64,000 nt of DNA, from assembly GCF_009914755.1 (NCBI RefSeq), contig NC_060926.1; one strand, 5' to 3'. A model generated the notes under the pieces. That model did no database searches, was not told the origin of the DNA, and saw only the letters and a program-made list of their open reading frames with translations. Position 1 is the stretch's first letter. Each line of letters begins with the position of its first letter. Below are positions 14,756 through 27,386 of this stretch, one piece after another. Source of the stretch: the human T2T-CHM13v2.0 reference genome, Homo sapiens. Made by a program: the position numbers and the translations under genes.

Positions 14756-15189
14756 TTACTAATGTTCTGAGTTCAAAGAACCTCTTTGGGTAATGTTAAG
14801 AATCACCTCCCAAGATGGATGGATATCATCTTTATTTGTTCACCGTCTGGGTTTCCAAAATTGATGGTAGACATCATCTTACACCGTGTTACTTGAATAG
14901 GGACCATTTCTGTTTGGATAGAGCTCACCTCACAAATAATCAAGTGGCATGTCATCACTTCAATGGTTTTTAATCTATTCTGGCATGAACTTTACATATT
15001 TTGCAAGAAAGTTTTATTTTATTTTAAGAGAACTCTACTCAAAAACATTTTGACTTGAAGTTTAGTAAAGGTTTTATATTAGTTAATATCTAGTATGTAC
15101 CCAAAACTTTGTCATGAAATATAGACATATGCATTTATATTTATGTTTATATATGTAAACAGTTATATACTGCACTAATATACATGTTC

Positions 15190-15190
<1 letters not shown>

Positions 15191-15234
<44 letters not shown>
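15191..15234. repeat. (TA)n(CA)n microsatellite
   Basis: Direct reading. Confidence 0.95.
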
Positions 15235-15455
15235 TTTAACACTATTTTATCCTTCTACCTACATTACCCCAAGAAATATTGTTTTTAAAGTGATTAATTT
15301 ACATCTGGAGTGAGACACATAAATAACATTTGAAAATCTATCAAAAATTCAAAGCATGGCACAGCCTTTTAAAAACACCCTAGCAATAAAGTTTTATAAA
15401 ACACAGCCATTAGCATCATTTTGATTTGTTTATAGCTATTAACTCTAATTACTGG

Positions 15456-17577
15456 TGTATTAGTCCATTTTCACATGCTGATAAAGACATGCCCGAGACT
15501 GGGGAGAAAAAGAGGTTCAACTGGACTTACAGTTCCACATGGCTGAGGAGGCCTCAGGATCATGGCAGGAGGTGAAAGGCACTTCTTGCATGGTGGTGTC
15601 AAGAGAAAATGAGGAAGAAGCAAAAGTGGAAATCCCTGATAAACCCATCAGATCTCGTGAGACTTATTCACTGTAATGAGAATAGCACAGGAAAGACTGG
15701 CACCTAGAATTTAATTTCCTCCCTCTGCGTCCCTCCCACACCATGTGGGAATTCTGGGAGATATAATTCAAGTTGAGATTTGGGTGGGAACACAGCCAAA
15801 CCATATCATTCCACCCTGGCCCCTCCAAATCTCATGTTCTCGCATTTCAAAACCAATTATGCCTTCCCAACTGTCCCTCAAAGTCTTAACTCATTTCAGC
15901 ATTAACCCAAAGGTCCACAATCCAAAGTCTCATTTGAGACAAGGCAAGTCCATTTTGCCTATGAGCCTGTAAAATAAAAAACAAGCTAGTTACTTCCTAG
16001 ATACAGTGGGGGTACAGGTATTGGGTAAATACAGCCATTCCAAATGAGAGAAATTGGTCAAAACAAAGGAGTTACAGGGCCCATGCAAGTCTAAAATCCA
16101 GTGGGGCGGTCAAATCTTAAAGCTCCAAAATGATCTCCTTTGACTCCTGGTGTCACATTTAGGTCACACTGATGCAAGAGGTGGGTTCCAATGGTCTTGG
16201 GCAGAGTCCCCAGTAGGGACTCTGTGTGGGGGCTCTGACCCCACATTTCCCTTCTGCACTGCCCTAGCAAAGGTTCTCCATGAAGGCCATGCCCCTGCAG
16301 CAAACTTTTGCCTGGGCATCCAGGCATTTCCATACATCTTCTGAAATCCAGGCAGAGGTTCCCAAACCTCAATTCTTGACTTCTGTGCACTGGCAGGCTC
16401 AACACCACCTTGGAAGCTGCCAAGGCTTGGGTCTTCCACCTTCTGAAGCCACAGCCTGAGCTGAATTGTCCCCTTTCAGCCATGACTGGAGTGACTGGGA
16501 CACAAGGCACCAAGTCCCTAGGCTTCATACCGCACAGAGACCCTGGGCCCGGTCCACAAAACCACTTTTTCCTCTGGGGCCTCCTGGCCTGTGATGGGAG
16601 GGGCTGCCGTGAAGGTCTCAGGCATGCCCTGGAAACATTTTCCCCATGCTCTTGGGAATTAACATTAGGCTCCTTGCTGCTTATGCAAATTTCTGCAGCT
16701 GGCTTGAATTTCTCCTCAGAAAATCAGTTTTTCTTTTCTACTGCATCATCAGGCTGCAAGGTTTCTGAACTTTTATGTTCTGTTTCCCTTTTAAAATGGA
16801 ATGATTTTTAACAGCACCCACATCACTTCTTGAATGCTTTGCTGCTTAGATATTTCTTCTTCCACCAGATACCTTAAGTCATCTCTCTCAAGTTCAAAGT
16901 TCCACAAATCTCTAGGGAAGGGGCAAAATGCCACCAGTCTATTGGCTAAAACATAACAAGAGTCACCTTTGCTCCAGTTCCCAATAAGTTCCTCATTTCC
17001 ATCTGAGACCACCTCAACCTGGACCTTATTGTTCGTATCACTATCAGCATTTTTGTCAAAGCCATTCTCCTAGTCTCTAGGAGGCTCCAAACTTTTCCAC
17101 ATTTTTCTGTCTTCTTCTGAGCCCTCCAAACTGTTCCAACCTCTGCCTGATACCCAGTTCCAAAGTCATTTCCACACTTTTGGGTATCTTTTTAAGCAAT
17201 GCCCCACTCCACTGGTACCAGTTTATTGTATTAGTCTGTTTTCAAGCTGCTGATAAAGACATACCCTAGACTGGGAAGCAAAAGAGGTTTAATTGGTCTT
17301 ACAGTTCCATGTGGCTGAGGAGGCCTCAGAATTGTAGCAGAAGGTGAAAGGCATGTCTTACACGGTGGTGGCAAGAGAAAATGAGGAAGAAGCCATAGCG
17401 GAAACCCCTGATAAACCCATAAGATCTCATAAGACTCATTCACTATAATGAGAATAGCATGAGAAAGACCAGCCCCCACGATTCAATTACTCCCCTGAGT
17501 CCCTCCCACAACACGTGGGAATTCTGGGAGATACAATTCAAGTTGAGATTTGGGTGGGAACACAGCCAAACATACCA
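15456..17577 (-). mobile_element. THE1A-like MaLR provirus (LTR 15456-15808, internal region, LTR 17227-17577)
   Basis: Two matching LTRs, THE1-int sequence between them, perfect TSD ACTGG at 15451-15455 and 17578-17582. Confidence 0.95.
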
Positions 17578-17825
17578 ACTGGTAATATACTATAGCAGTT
17601 TACAGTTTGAAAAGTACTTTCACAAAGTCATTGCCTTGTTGGTCTTCACTGTAACTTCATATCTAATGTATTGTTTCTGTTCCAATAAAACCACGTTTAT
17701 GGTATTATTTCTGTTATTTGTACAAAAAACAACAAGAATTGGGAATTTTAATTTTTTCAATGAATTATTCAGCATTCTTGCATATTTAAATGTCGGAGGT
17801 GCCCTAATTACCTGTAAAGCCCTTT

Positions 17826-19442
17826 TAAAATTTTTGATTATTTTTTGCATTTATTTATTCATTTTAAATTTTAATTTATTTTAGATTCAGGGGGGTACAT
17901 TTGCATATTTGTTACATGGGTATATTGCATACTGGTAGAGATTGGGCTTCTTATGTACCCATTACCCAAATAGTAAACATTGTACCTAATGGGTAATTCT
18001 TTAACCCTCATCCTCCTCCCACTCTACTCCCTTTTGGAGTCCCTAGTGTCTATTATTTCCATCTGTATGTCTATATGTACCCAGCGTTTAGCTCCTACTT
18101 ATGAGTGAGAACATTTGGTATTTGATTTTTTGTTTCTGAGTTAGTCCACTTAGGATAATGGCCTTCAGCTACATCCATATTGCTGCAAGGACATAATTCC
18201 ATTATTTTTTATGACTGTGTAGTATTCCATGATATGTATATCACATTTTCTTTATTAAGTCAACTACTGGTGTGCAGTTAGGTTGGAATCATGACTTTGC
18301 TATTGTAAGTAGTGCTGTGATGAACATATGAGTGTAGGTGCCTTTTTATATAATGATTTCTCTTCCTTTGTGTAGACACTCAGTAGTGAAATTTCTGGGT
18401 CAAATGCTAGTTTTATTTTTAGTTTTTTAAGAAATCTCCACACCGTTTTTCATAGAGGTTGAACTAATTTACATTCCCACCAACAGTTGTATAAGCATTC
18501 CCTTTTCTTCACATTCACACCAACATCTGTTGTTTTTTGACTTTTTAATAATAGCCATTCTGAGTGGTGTGAGATGATATCTCATTGCGGTTTTCATTTG
18601 CATTTCTCTGATGATTAGTGATGTTGAACATTTGTTCATATATTTGTTGGCTGCTTGTAGTTCTTCTTTTGAGAAATATCTCTTCACGTCCTTTGCCCAG
18701 TTTTTAATTGAGGTTGTTTGGTTTTTTCTTGTTGAGTTGTTTGAGTTCCTTGTAGATTCTAGATACTAGTCCTTTGTCAGAGGCATAATTTGCAAATGTC
18801 TTCTCCTATTCAGTAGATTATTTGTTTACTCTGTTGATTGTTTCTTCTGTGCAGAAGCTTTTAAGTCTCATTTATCTATTTTTGTTTTTGTTGCATTTAC
18901 TTTTGGAATCTTTATCATAAACTATTTGCCTAGGCCAATGTCCAGAAGAGATTTTCCTGGATTTTCTGCTCAGAGGTGTATAGTTTCAGGTCGTATGTTT
19001 AAATTTTTAATCCATCTTGAGTTGATTTCTGTATGTGATGAGAGAGACAGGGGTCCAGTTTTATTCTTCTGCATGTGGCTAGTTTTCCCAGCACCATTTA
19101 TTGAATAGGGAGTCATTTCCCCCGTTGTTTATTTTTGTTGGCTTTATTGAAGATCAGTTGGTTGTAGGTTTGCCACTTTACTTCTGAGTCCTCTATTCTG
19201 TTCCCACTGATCTATGTGTCTATTTTTGTATCAGTATCATGCTATTATAGTTGGTCTAGCTTGTAGTATAATTTGAAGTGAGGCAATGTGATGTCTCTGG
19301 GTTTGTTCTTTTTGCTTATGACTACTTTAGCTGTTCGGGATCTTTTTTGGTTCATCTGAACTTCAGGATTGTTCTTTCTAATTCTGTGAAAAATGACGGT
19401 GGTAATTTAATAGGGATTGTGTTGAATCTGTAGATTGCTTTG
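17826..19442 (-). mobile_element. 5'-truncated L1PB-like element (3' UTR and ORF2 C-terminus)
   Basis: ORF 18469-18687 'TSLIIREMQMKTAMRYHLTP' is L1 ORF2; L1PB-type 3' UTR; TSD-like aaagc(t)ccttt. Confidence 0.92.
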
Positions 19443-20509
19443 AAAGCTCCTTTTTTAAAAGCATTATTTGTGCATGTTACCAGACCCTCCATGTGTCAAG
19501 AGAGATTTAATCTTCCTGGAGGTTACTGCCATTTGGAGGCAAATGCCAGGTGGACTAAACAGAGTTAAATACTATTGACTGACTAGACTATAGAAGAATG
19601 AAGAACTCCTATGACTCAGTTTTCTTTTTCATTCTGAACAAGTTTTTAATCATTTCACCCCTCTAGAATTCACATCTGTTCAAGACATAATGCTGTGGGT
19701 CAGCCTGGGCTCTGTCAAAATGAAGGCAGTATTACCAAATCCCAAATTACAGTATGTTTTACTAACCAGTTTTATAGACTAGACATTTCACTCAGGCAGA
19801 AAGGAATTCCCACTGCACTTGAGGGGTAGCAGAGCCTTGAGAACAGGCTACTGGTTCTGCTTGGCTCTGTCCAGGCATACCAAAGACAAAGAGGCAGAAT
19901 AAATTTGGTGAAAGATGAAATTATGAAACAAGCCCAGCTTCTCAGCTTCTTGATTTTAATTCACTTTTATTTGTGAATGTGACGATCTTTTACTATGTTG
20001 TAGCAAAGAGTTCAGATCTAAAGATAAAACTTCTTCAAGACAAAAAACCAGTGTCCTGACTGCAAAAGAGAGGAAGAATCTGCTTCCAGCTACTAAACAA
20101 AAGAGAGGAAGTCCCAGTTCTGTTTTATTAAAAGACTTTTTATCCACAAAATACTGCAGAATTAATATAAATGGTCTATGCAATTTAATGTATCTTTTTT
20201 CTCTGGCTTTACTTAGAAAAATCACAGCAAAATATGCATTTTTTAAGTTAACTCTGTCAACCTAGTCATAATTCCAGGCAAAATTGTACATCAGTAAGTG
20301 ATGCTAAAGGAAATTAAAAGGAGACGCAAGACTAACAATATGACATCAAAATGCAGGGCCTTTTAAACATGTTTGTTCATGCATTTAAAAAAATGCCAGT
20401 AGCATTTAGGTGTATTTAGGTTTGTGCTTAATAAGGGTCCCAGAATGATGGCCCGAGATCTTTTCCTGCTATTATTTTGTTTGCTCGTTGATCTATTTCT
20501 TGATAAATC

Positions 20510-20778
20510 TGGTCAGCAGTTACTGCATGTCTAGTACATACCAGGTACTATTCTAGGCACAGAGGATGCAGCAGAGAATATGAGAGAAAAATTCTCCTAC
20601 CTTCCTACTAAGACAGACAATTAGTAAGTAAACAAACATATGTGACATCATTTCAGGTAGAAAAAAGTGCTAAGAAGAAACATAAAGCAAGAGTAAGAGT
20701 ATAGGAAGTTAGTAAAGTGGGATGCTGTTCTAGGTCTGGTCAGGAAAGGTGTCTGAGCAGGTAGCATTTGAACAAAGG
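20510..20778 (-). mobile_element. L2 3' fragment
   Basis: 'ccaggtactattctaggcacagaggatgcagcag...ggtcaggaaagg...catttgaac'. Confidence 0.75.
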
Positions 20779-21089
20779 GCACAGACTCAGTCTATTTGCT
20801 GGAAAACACTACAGAATGTCATGGATGGGTCAGTGAATGGACACGGCACACTGATATTGACACCCAGTCCCCAGGACTGTTTTTCTTAGTCACCAGGGCC
20901 TCCCTAGGTACTTGCCCTGGGAAAAAGGCTTCACGATGAGAGAAGAAAATTTAAAATGCAAAAACTCAAAACGGGCAGCAAATAGGATGCAGTGGATGAG
21001 TCTGCCCTGGGGTACTTGCACTCCACAGATTGTCCTCTAGGTCAGCTGCTCAGGGACTCATTGTGTCAGAGCACTTGGGACGTGAGCTA

Positions 21090-21125
21090 CAAAAAAAAAA
21101 AAAAAAGAAAAAAGAAAAAAAAAAA
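21090..21125. repeat. Poly(A) tract
   Basis: Direct reading. Confidence 0.9.
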
Positions 21126-21339
21126 GCTATAGTATCCATGTCCCCCAAAATTTCTCTTTCACATCCAAGACTAGTAAGAGAAAACAACACTTGTGTGGTG
21201 TAAGGACATTTTATTTGACTTTATGGTGGTATGTGAAATAACAATCTCACACCTTCAGAAGCATCAAAGAATATCATCAGAGTGACATGGTTTGGAAACA
21301 CATTTGGTCTCTCAGTCACCTTCTTTACCTCTTCGTCTG

Positions 21340-21812
21340 TTAACAGAACCTCTTCCTCTTCTGGGGAACTCATTCCATGTGGGTCAGGTAGAGCTAAACC
21401 CACTTCCTGTCACAGCAGCGATTTTTTGACCCAATCAGAGTATACATCCCTCAAACAAAGTAATCAGTGAGGGATGGGCAGGTGATACAAACCAGACTCA
21501 TTACAACTCTCAGTAGAATGTTTCTTTAGGCGCTGGTAGAAAAATCTTTTTTTCTCAGACTCAAAAAGCTGAAAAGATGTGAGTGTGCCGCTGTCAATCA
21601 TCATTCATGTTCACCACTGAAGAGAAAGTGTTAAAGTTAGAAGAAAGAGACGGAATCCCTATGACAACATTTGTGAATCCCTAGATCCAGCTAGATCCGA
21701 AGACACATCAACTCACAGATGTACCAGGTTCATGAATCAATACATGCCTGGTTTTGCTTAAACAAGTTTGAGTTGGACTACTGTCATGAGCAATTTAAAA
21801 AGACTCAAATAA
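21340..21812 (+). mobile_element. MLT1K/L-like solo LTR
   Basis: 'ccctagatccagct...tttgcttaaacaagtttgagttgg..ctgtca' is a typical MLT1 3' end. Confidence 0.65.
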
Positions 21813-22507
21813 TGAGAACCATGGATCCACAGAGGAAATATGAGCAATGACAGGGAATATACCAGGGGTATCATGTACTGCCAAAAGTCAACAAAGTGTG
21901 CCGAGCTGGAGAGCAGAGGAAATGCTATAAGGAAGACGAGAGTCATGGTTGTCAATAGTTACATGTAAGATGCCCAGGGAAGTCATGCAATGGAAGAAAA
22001 GAAATGGTGAGTGGTATTCCAGGTATTCTGCCAAGGGTCCATCCTAAAAAGTTGCTGTTATTTTACTATTCCTATTAGATTGTACCTAGGCAGATTGATG
22101 TAACCTAGGCAATTAGATTTTATTATTATTTCATAAAAACACTTTATTTGATAGTTTTTATTTATTTACATTTTATTTAACACTTTATTTAACATTTATA
22201 TAAATACTTTATTTAACACTTTTGGAGCAGGCCAGCAGTAAGTCCTGAGGTATGACTTTAATTCAGCACATATTTAACAAATGCCAATTTTGTGCTAGGC
22301 CTATATGAGGTAGACATTGAAAAGAGAAGGATAAGATTATTGGCTTCAATATCACACTCCTTTTAACAAACTTATAAAGGTGAAATTTGAGTACTGGGAG
22401 ATTTCTTTTCAGGGAATAGGACAACAAAAACAAAATGCTTCCTGAAGCATGAATATAAAAGCAATGAGGTAACTGATTAATTTTGACCTACTTGTGTAAA
22501 TGTGTGT

Positions 22508-22809
22508 GTTTTGAGGGTGGAATTAAGTATTTTTTAGAGCAGTTTTAGGTTCACAGCAAAATTGAAAGGAAGATTTCCCCTGCCCCCAACACATGCACAG
22601 CCTCCACCACTATCAACATTCCCCACTAGAGTGGTACATTTGTACAATCCACGAACCTACATTGATGAATTGTTATCACGCGAAGTCCATAATTTACATT
22701 CAGGTTCAGTCTTGGTGTTGTACATTCTATGGGTTTAGACAGACATATAATGGCATGTATTCATCGTTATAGTATCACACATGGTAGTTTCACTGCCCTA
22801 AAAATCTTC
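22508..22809 (-). mobile_element. L1MC-like 3' end with 15-bp TSD
   Basis: 'agagcagttttaggttcacagcaaaattga...cactgccctaaaaat'; TSD tgtgtaaatgtgtgt at 22493-22507 and 22810-22824. Confidence 0.85.
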
Positions 22810-23238
22810 TGTGTAAATGTGTGTTGTGTAGAATTTTTAGCACAGGCCAGAGGCACCAGCCGTTCATCCCCCTTACTCTAGATGCTGCCCGGCATCAGTT
22901 CCCATCCACTGATGGCAGGTGCAAGGCAGGTGGCTCCCCATAATGGTGGGTGCAAGGCAGAGCAGTCCTGAGGCTCTTTCCTTGATAAAGAGATGCCCTC
23001 TTTCTAAAATGGCTTATATTGAAAGACTTGCTAAACACAAGAACATTAGCAATAATAAGTGTGCTTTACATGATGACACATGAATATCACAATGAGGAAT
23101 AGCATAAATCAAGGAGACACCCTTTAAACATGCCCCCCACCACCACCACCCTATGAATCTTTTCCTTCCCCTTGCCTCCAGGTTGGTTAGAGCTACTGCC
23201 CTTCATTAAGTATGGGGGGATTTGAGGTAGAAAGCATA

Positions 23239-23583
23239 TGTCTTAGTCCATTTTGCATTGCTATAGCAAACACCACAGACTGGGTAAAATCAATTTATTT
23301 CTCACCATTCTAGAGGATAGGAAGTCTGATATCAAGGGGCTGCCATGTGGCAGCAGGCTTTATGCCACATCATCCAATGGTGGAAGGTGGAAGGGCAAGA
23401 CAGCATGAGACAGCAAGAGTGGAACTTGCAGCCTCAGGTCCTTTCATAATTGGCATTAATCCATTCATGAGGGTGGAGTCCTCATGACTTAAACACCTCC
23501 ATTAGGCCCCACCTCCCAACACTTTGCATTTGGGATTAAATTTCTAACATATGAACTTCGGGAGAAATATTCAGATCATAGGA
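23239..23583 (-). mobile_element. MST (MSTC/D-like) solo LTR
   Basis: 'tgtcttagtccattttg...attaatccattcatgagggtggagtcctcatgac...ggccccacctcccaacac'; TSD gcata/gtgta (CpG decay). Confidence 0.85.
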
Positions 23584-24859
23584 GTGTACCTTACAAGGTT
23601 TATAAAACAAAGGGCAAAGGAAAAGTTAAAAAAATTGAATGGGAAAGATGTGGCAATTCCTTTGGGAATGAAATTGTGACTATTCTGAAGGAAATCTCTG
23701 ATGTTAAGAGGTTAATTCCATCAGATGAGCTATCACATATAAAGGGAAACAGAATTCCTACAAAAGAGGTATGAATAACCCATATGCATCTGGGCTTGAC
23801 TTGTGTGATTATTTTGCTCTCTCTCCCTTCCCTTCACAATCTTGCATCTTCCACAATGTATTGCAACACTCACTAGAAATCATCTTGCCACTCCTATTGC
23901 AACCAGGAACATGGCACCTGGAGCAGCTTTGGACATGCGACCTGACACCTCTGAAACAGGAGGAGGGCTACCTCTTCTCTAATCTCTGCAAAATATGAAC
24001 AAGGAAAAGGTCTAAATGTCATTGAGTTCTCTTGCAAAAGGACAAAGAGCAGAGTTTCTCAGAATTTCCTACAGGGCATGAACGTAGTTAATTTAAACAC
24101 ATTCAAATTAACAGACTGTGCTGACTGAAGGGTGAATTTCTCTCTGTTTTGGATAAAAACTAATTTAAATGTGGTGGTACCAGACAGCGAGCACATTCCT
24201 ACAATGAAGTAAACAAATGTTATTGCCTTCACTTAGGAAGTCTTGCCCAATTAGGTTGATTATAATGATGACAGAGATGTATCCTGAATGCACAAGAAAG
24301 TAGTAATGCACAGATTTGTTATGTAATATTTATAGACTCTGTGGTAAAACTTCAGATGAATTAAAATATACAGTCTTGTATTTCCACGGATGAAGGGAAT
24401 GGGATCCACATGTTTGCTAAAAGTAAAAGGCACAGCCAACAAATTCTCTGACATTTACATTGATAAGACTTTCTCTGAGAATTTGTAAACTCCTGATGTA
24501 AACTGCTATTTTAAACAACAGAGAAGCAGCTTGTCTCTGTCACCTGTAAGTTTAACCCCAAATTACAATTTGGTCTTTGCTTGACTTTAGAAACTGTCTC
24601 TATCATTCTCTCTTAAATGAATTGACTTAGGAAAGTATGTACTTTATGAAAATAATATGTTAGATTATATTCAGTCAGATTATTTTATTAGTGTACCCAA
24701 AGTGTTACTGGTAAGCTGATTTACTCAGATATTGCTATGATGAAATATGGACTTTACCCTGTTTCTGTGACTTTGTGTGGGGGTTATTAACAAGGAAAGC
24801 ACAATCTTTAAAATCGCTACTTATTTTAACAATAGAATCTATATCATGACTTGATGAGC

Positions 24860-25012
24860 AAGTACAACATAGTAGAAGAGCAATGGTTTTGTATAGTAAA
24901 ATGTTGGATGAAGAATTGAACCTCCCTGGACCCCAGTTTCCTCATGTAAAATGATAGAGTTGTTCTATGTTATCTCAAAGGTTTTTTTCTGCCCTAAACC
25001 GTCTGTGATCTC
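24860..25012 (+). mobile_element. MIR3/MIR relic
   Basis: 'aacctccctggaccccagtttcctcatgtaaaatg...atctcaaagg'. Confidence 0.6.
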
Positions 25013-25713
25013 TGATTACTAACACATTGGTACTATGTGTGGTAGCCAGGTTGGAAGGACACAACCTAGGAAGGCCAATCTGTGATACACACTCAATTCA
25101 GTATGACAGTCATTTGTAGTTATTTGAAAACAAAAATAAGACACTCATCAAGAACAGGGATACAGTCAAGACTGAAGGAGGGTAAATTAAACAAAATTAA
25201 GAAAGACATATATATTTATTTAAAATAATATATATTCAATATTTCTTTAAAATAAATATTGCAACTTCTTTTGTATAATATGTCTTAGGGGAGACGGTTA
25301 ATTGTTTAGGAAAATACCTCAGTAGGCCTCTTTAGGTATAAAAACTGAAACTGCTTGTGGACAGAAGAGTCAAGGGGGCCTCCATTCCAAACCCATGCCT
25401 GTCCCTCTACACAATCTAAAAATGCAAGAAAGTAACCAGCACAAAGCACCACTTTAATAGCATTTGGCTCAGTATCAAGCTCTTCTTTGCTGATGGCTGC
25501 ACTCATTGATTTGTTGTCTTACATTCATGCATTTCTAACCTGTGGCTATGTCACTAACAGACTGTATAGTAACCATACAATGATCTTGGTATCAATACAA
25601 TTTGTTTGATCATTTCTTTATTCATTCAATCACCATCTACAAATTGCCCAGTCACTGGGAATATAATGATGATTGTATATAAACTGTGTACTAGTAATGT
25701 TCAAAGTCTAGTA

Positions 25714-25902
25714 CACTGGTTCTCAAATTTTAAATGCACACAAATTGCTGGAGAACTTGATAAACCATAAATTTCTGGAGACCTTCCCTAAGGATTTTGA
25801 TTAAGCAGGGAGGGTAGGAGCCAAGAAAAAATATATTTTTATCGGGCTTTTCAGGTGACTCTCCTACAGGTAATATGAAATTATCATTTTGAGAAATTCT
25901 GA
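25714..25902. mobile_element. MER5B-like DNA transposon relic
   Basis: TIR-like ends 'cactggttctcaaa' and 'tttgagaaattctg'. Confidence 0.65.
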
Positions 25903-27386
25903 ACTAGTGTATGTTCTCCCTTCTCCCTTACTGAAATCCACCAGCTTTCCTGGTTTCCAATCCTTTCCAAGGCTTACCTTCCATGCTATCTGCATTTATT
26001 CTGCCCAGGATCTTGCCAGCTCTGCCACTTGACTTGTGTGTACATCCCTTAAGCTGCCACAGATTGAGCCTGAGCATTACCATAAAAAGACACAAAGAGT
26101 AAATACCACGTGGGTTTGGTTATGCACGGAAATGAAATGGATTACAGAACTTTTTTGAGATATATGCAACTAAACTTGCGACTCATCCCAGCAAACAGTG
26201 AAGTAGAGACTGGGTAGCAATCTGATGATTTGATCAGTGTCAGCAGTTTACCTATGTAAAATAAATCCTAATGTGTTACAGACACATTTTAGACTTGAAC
26301 AGGCCTTTACAAAAATACAAGCACGTCTAATTGCTATCATTTGCTGTAGTCACTTTGCATATAAAGACACAACTAGTGTTTGATTAGGGGCCACTGCTCC
26401 ATGATGATATATATCATATAGATAACAGAGAGATAATATAAACTCTATTATCTAAAAAAGCTATTATACCTAGAGGTTTCATGAAACAAAAAGAAATTTT
26501 AAAAAGATATTTAATTAGCAAAGCTAGGCAAAGATGAGCTAATCAGGTTAAGCAGATTGATGCCAGGTTTTGAATTAAATAATGAAACTATTTAGTCCAC
26601 ATATCCACAAGTCTGTATTGAGCACTTTTGCAGAGGATTCATGTGTGCATGTATCTAAATAAACTATCACGTGGATAGGAAAGCACAGCTGGAAAATAAA
26701 TCAGAAAAAATTCTGGTATTTGGGTATTGTGTTTGATTCATTCCTTTCCACAATTGTAAAACGCACATGAGAGTAAAATTTATGATCTCCATGCAATAGA
26801 AAAGCATAATCTTAAGTTAGGGAAATGATGGGACCAACTGCTGGTTTCTAAAATGTGGTGAGAATGTGTATTTAAAGAGGACCCTATCAGGCCTTTATTC
26901 TATAAAATAGCTAGACAAATAAATCTGAGGCATCTGAGGGTAATGGCATCTCGAGAGATAATGGATATTCAGTCTGGGAGATGGGAAGGAGATAGAACCT
27001 TGGCTGGGGTATGCTAAAAAAAAAAAAAAAATAGACTAGCTGTTAAACTGCTGGATAGACTAGTCCCTATAAATTTTCAAAAGAGTGCCCTGGGTTTTAT
27101 CCAGAAGGCTATCGTGAATGAGATACACACTGCTAAAACTCTCCACAGTCCTTCAGAAATTTTAGGACAGGTTCATGCGACACACACCTCATCCCTGGGG
27201 CCAATCACCCACAGTTCTTGGCAAAACACAATCTTCAATAATCTTAGAGACAACCCATGAAAAAGATGAAAAAATATTCAATTTTAATTCAATAATGAGG
27301 TAGATTCCTAATCTTGTCTACTATCAAATATTTTCCAAATGTTGTAAGAAAAATTAGTTGTAACCCCTATTAGCATTTTTGTTTGT

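Noticed and set aside
22120-22222. Repeated 'aacactttattt'
   Set aside because: Ordinary AT-rich low-complexity slippage
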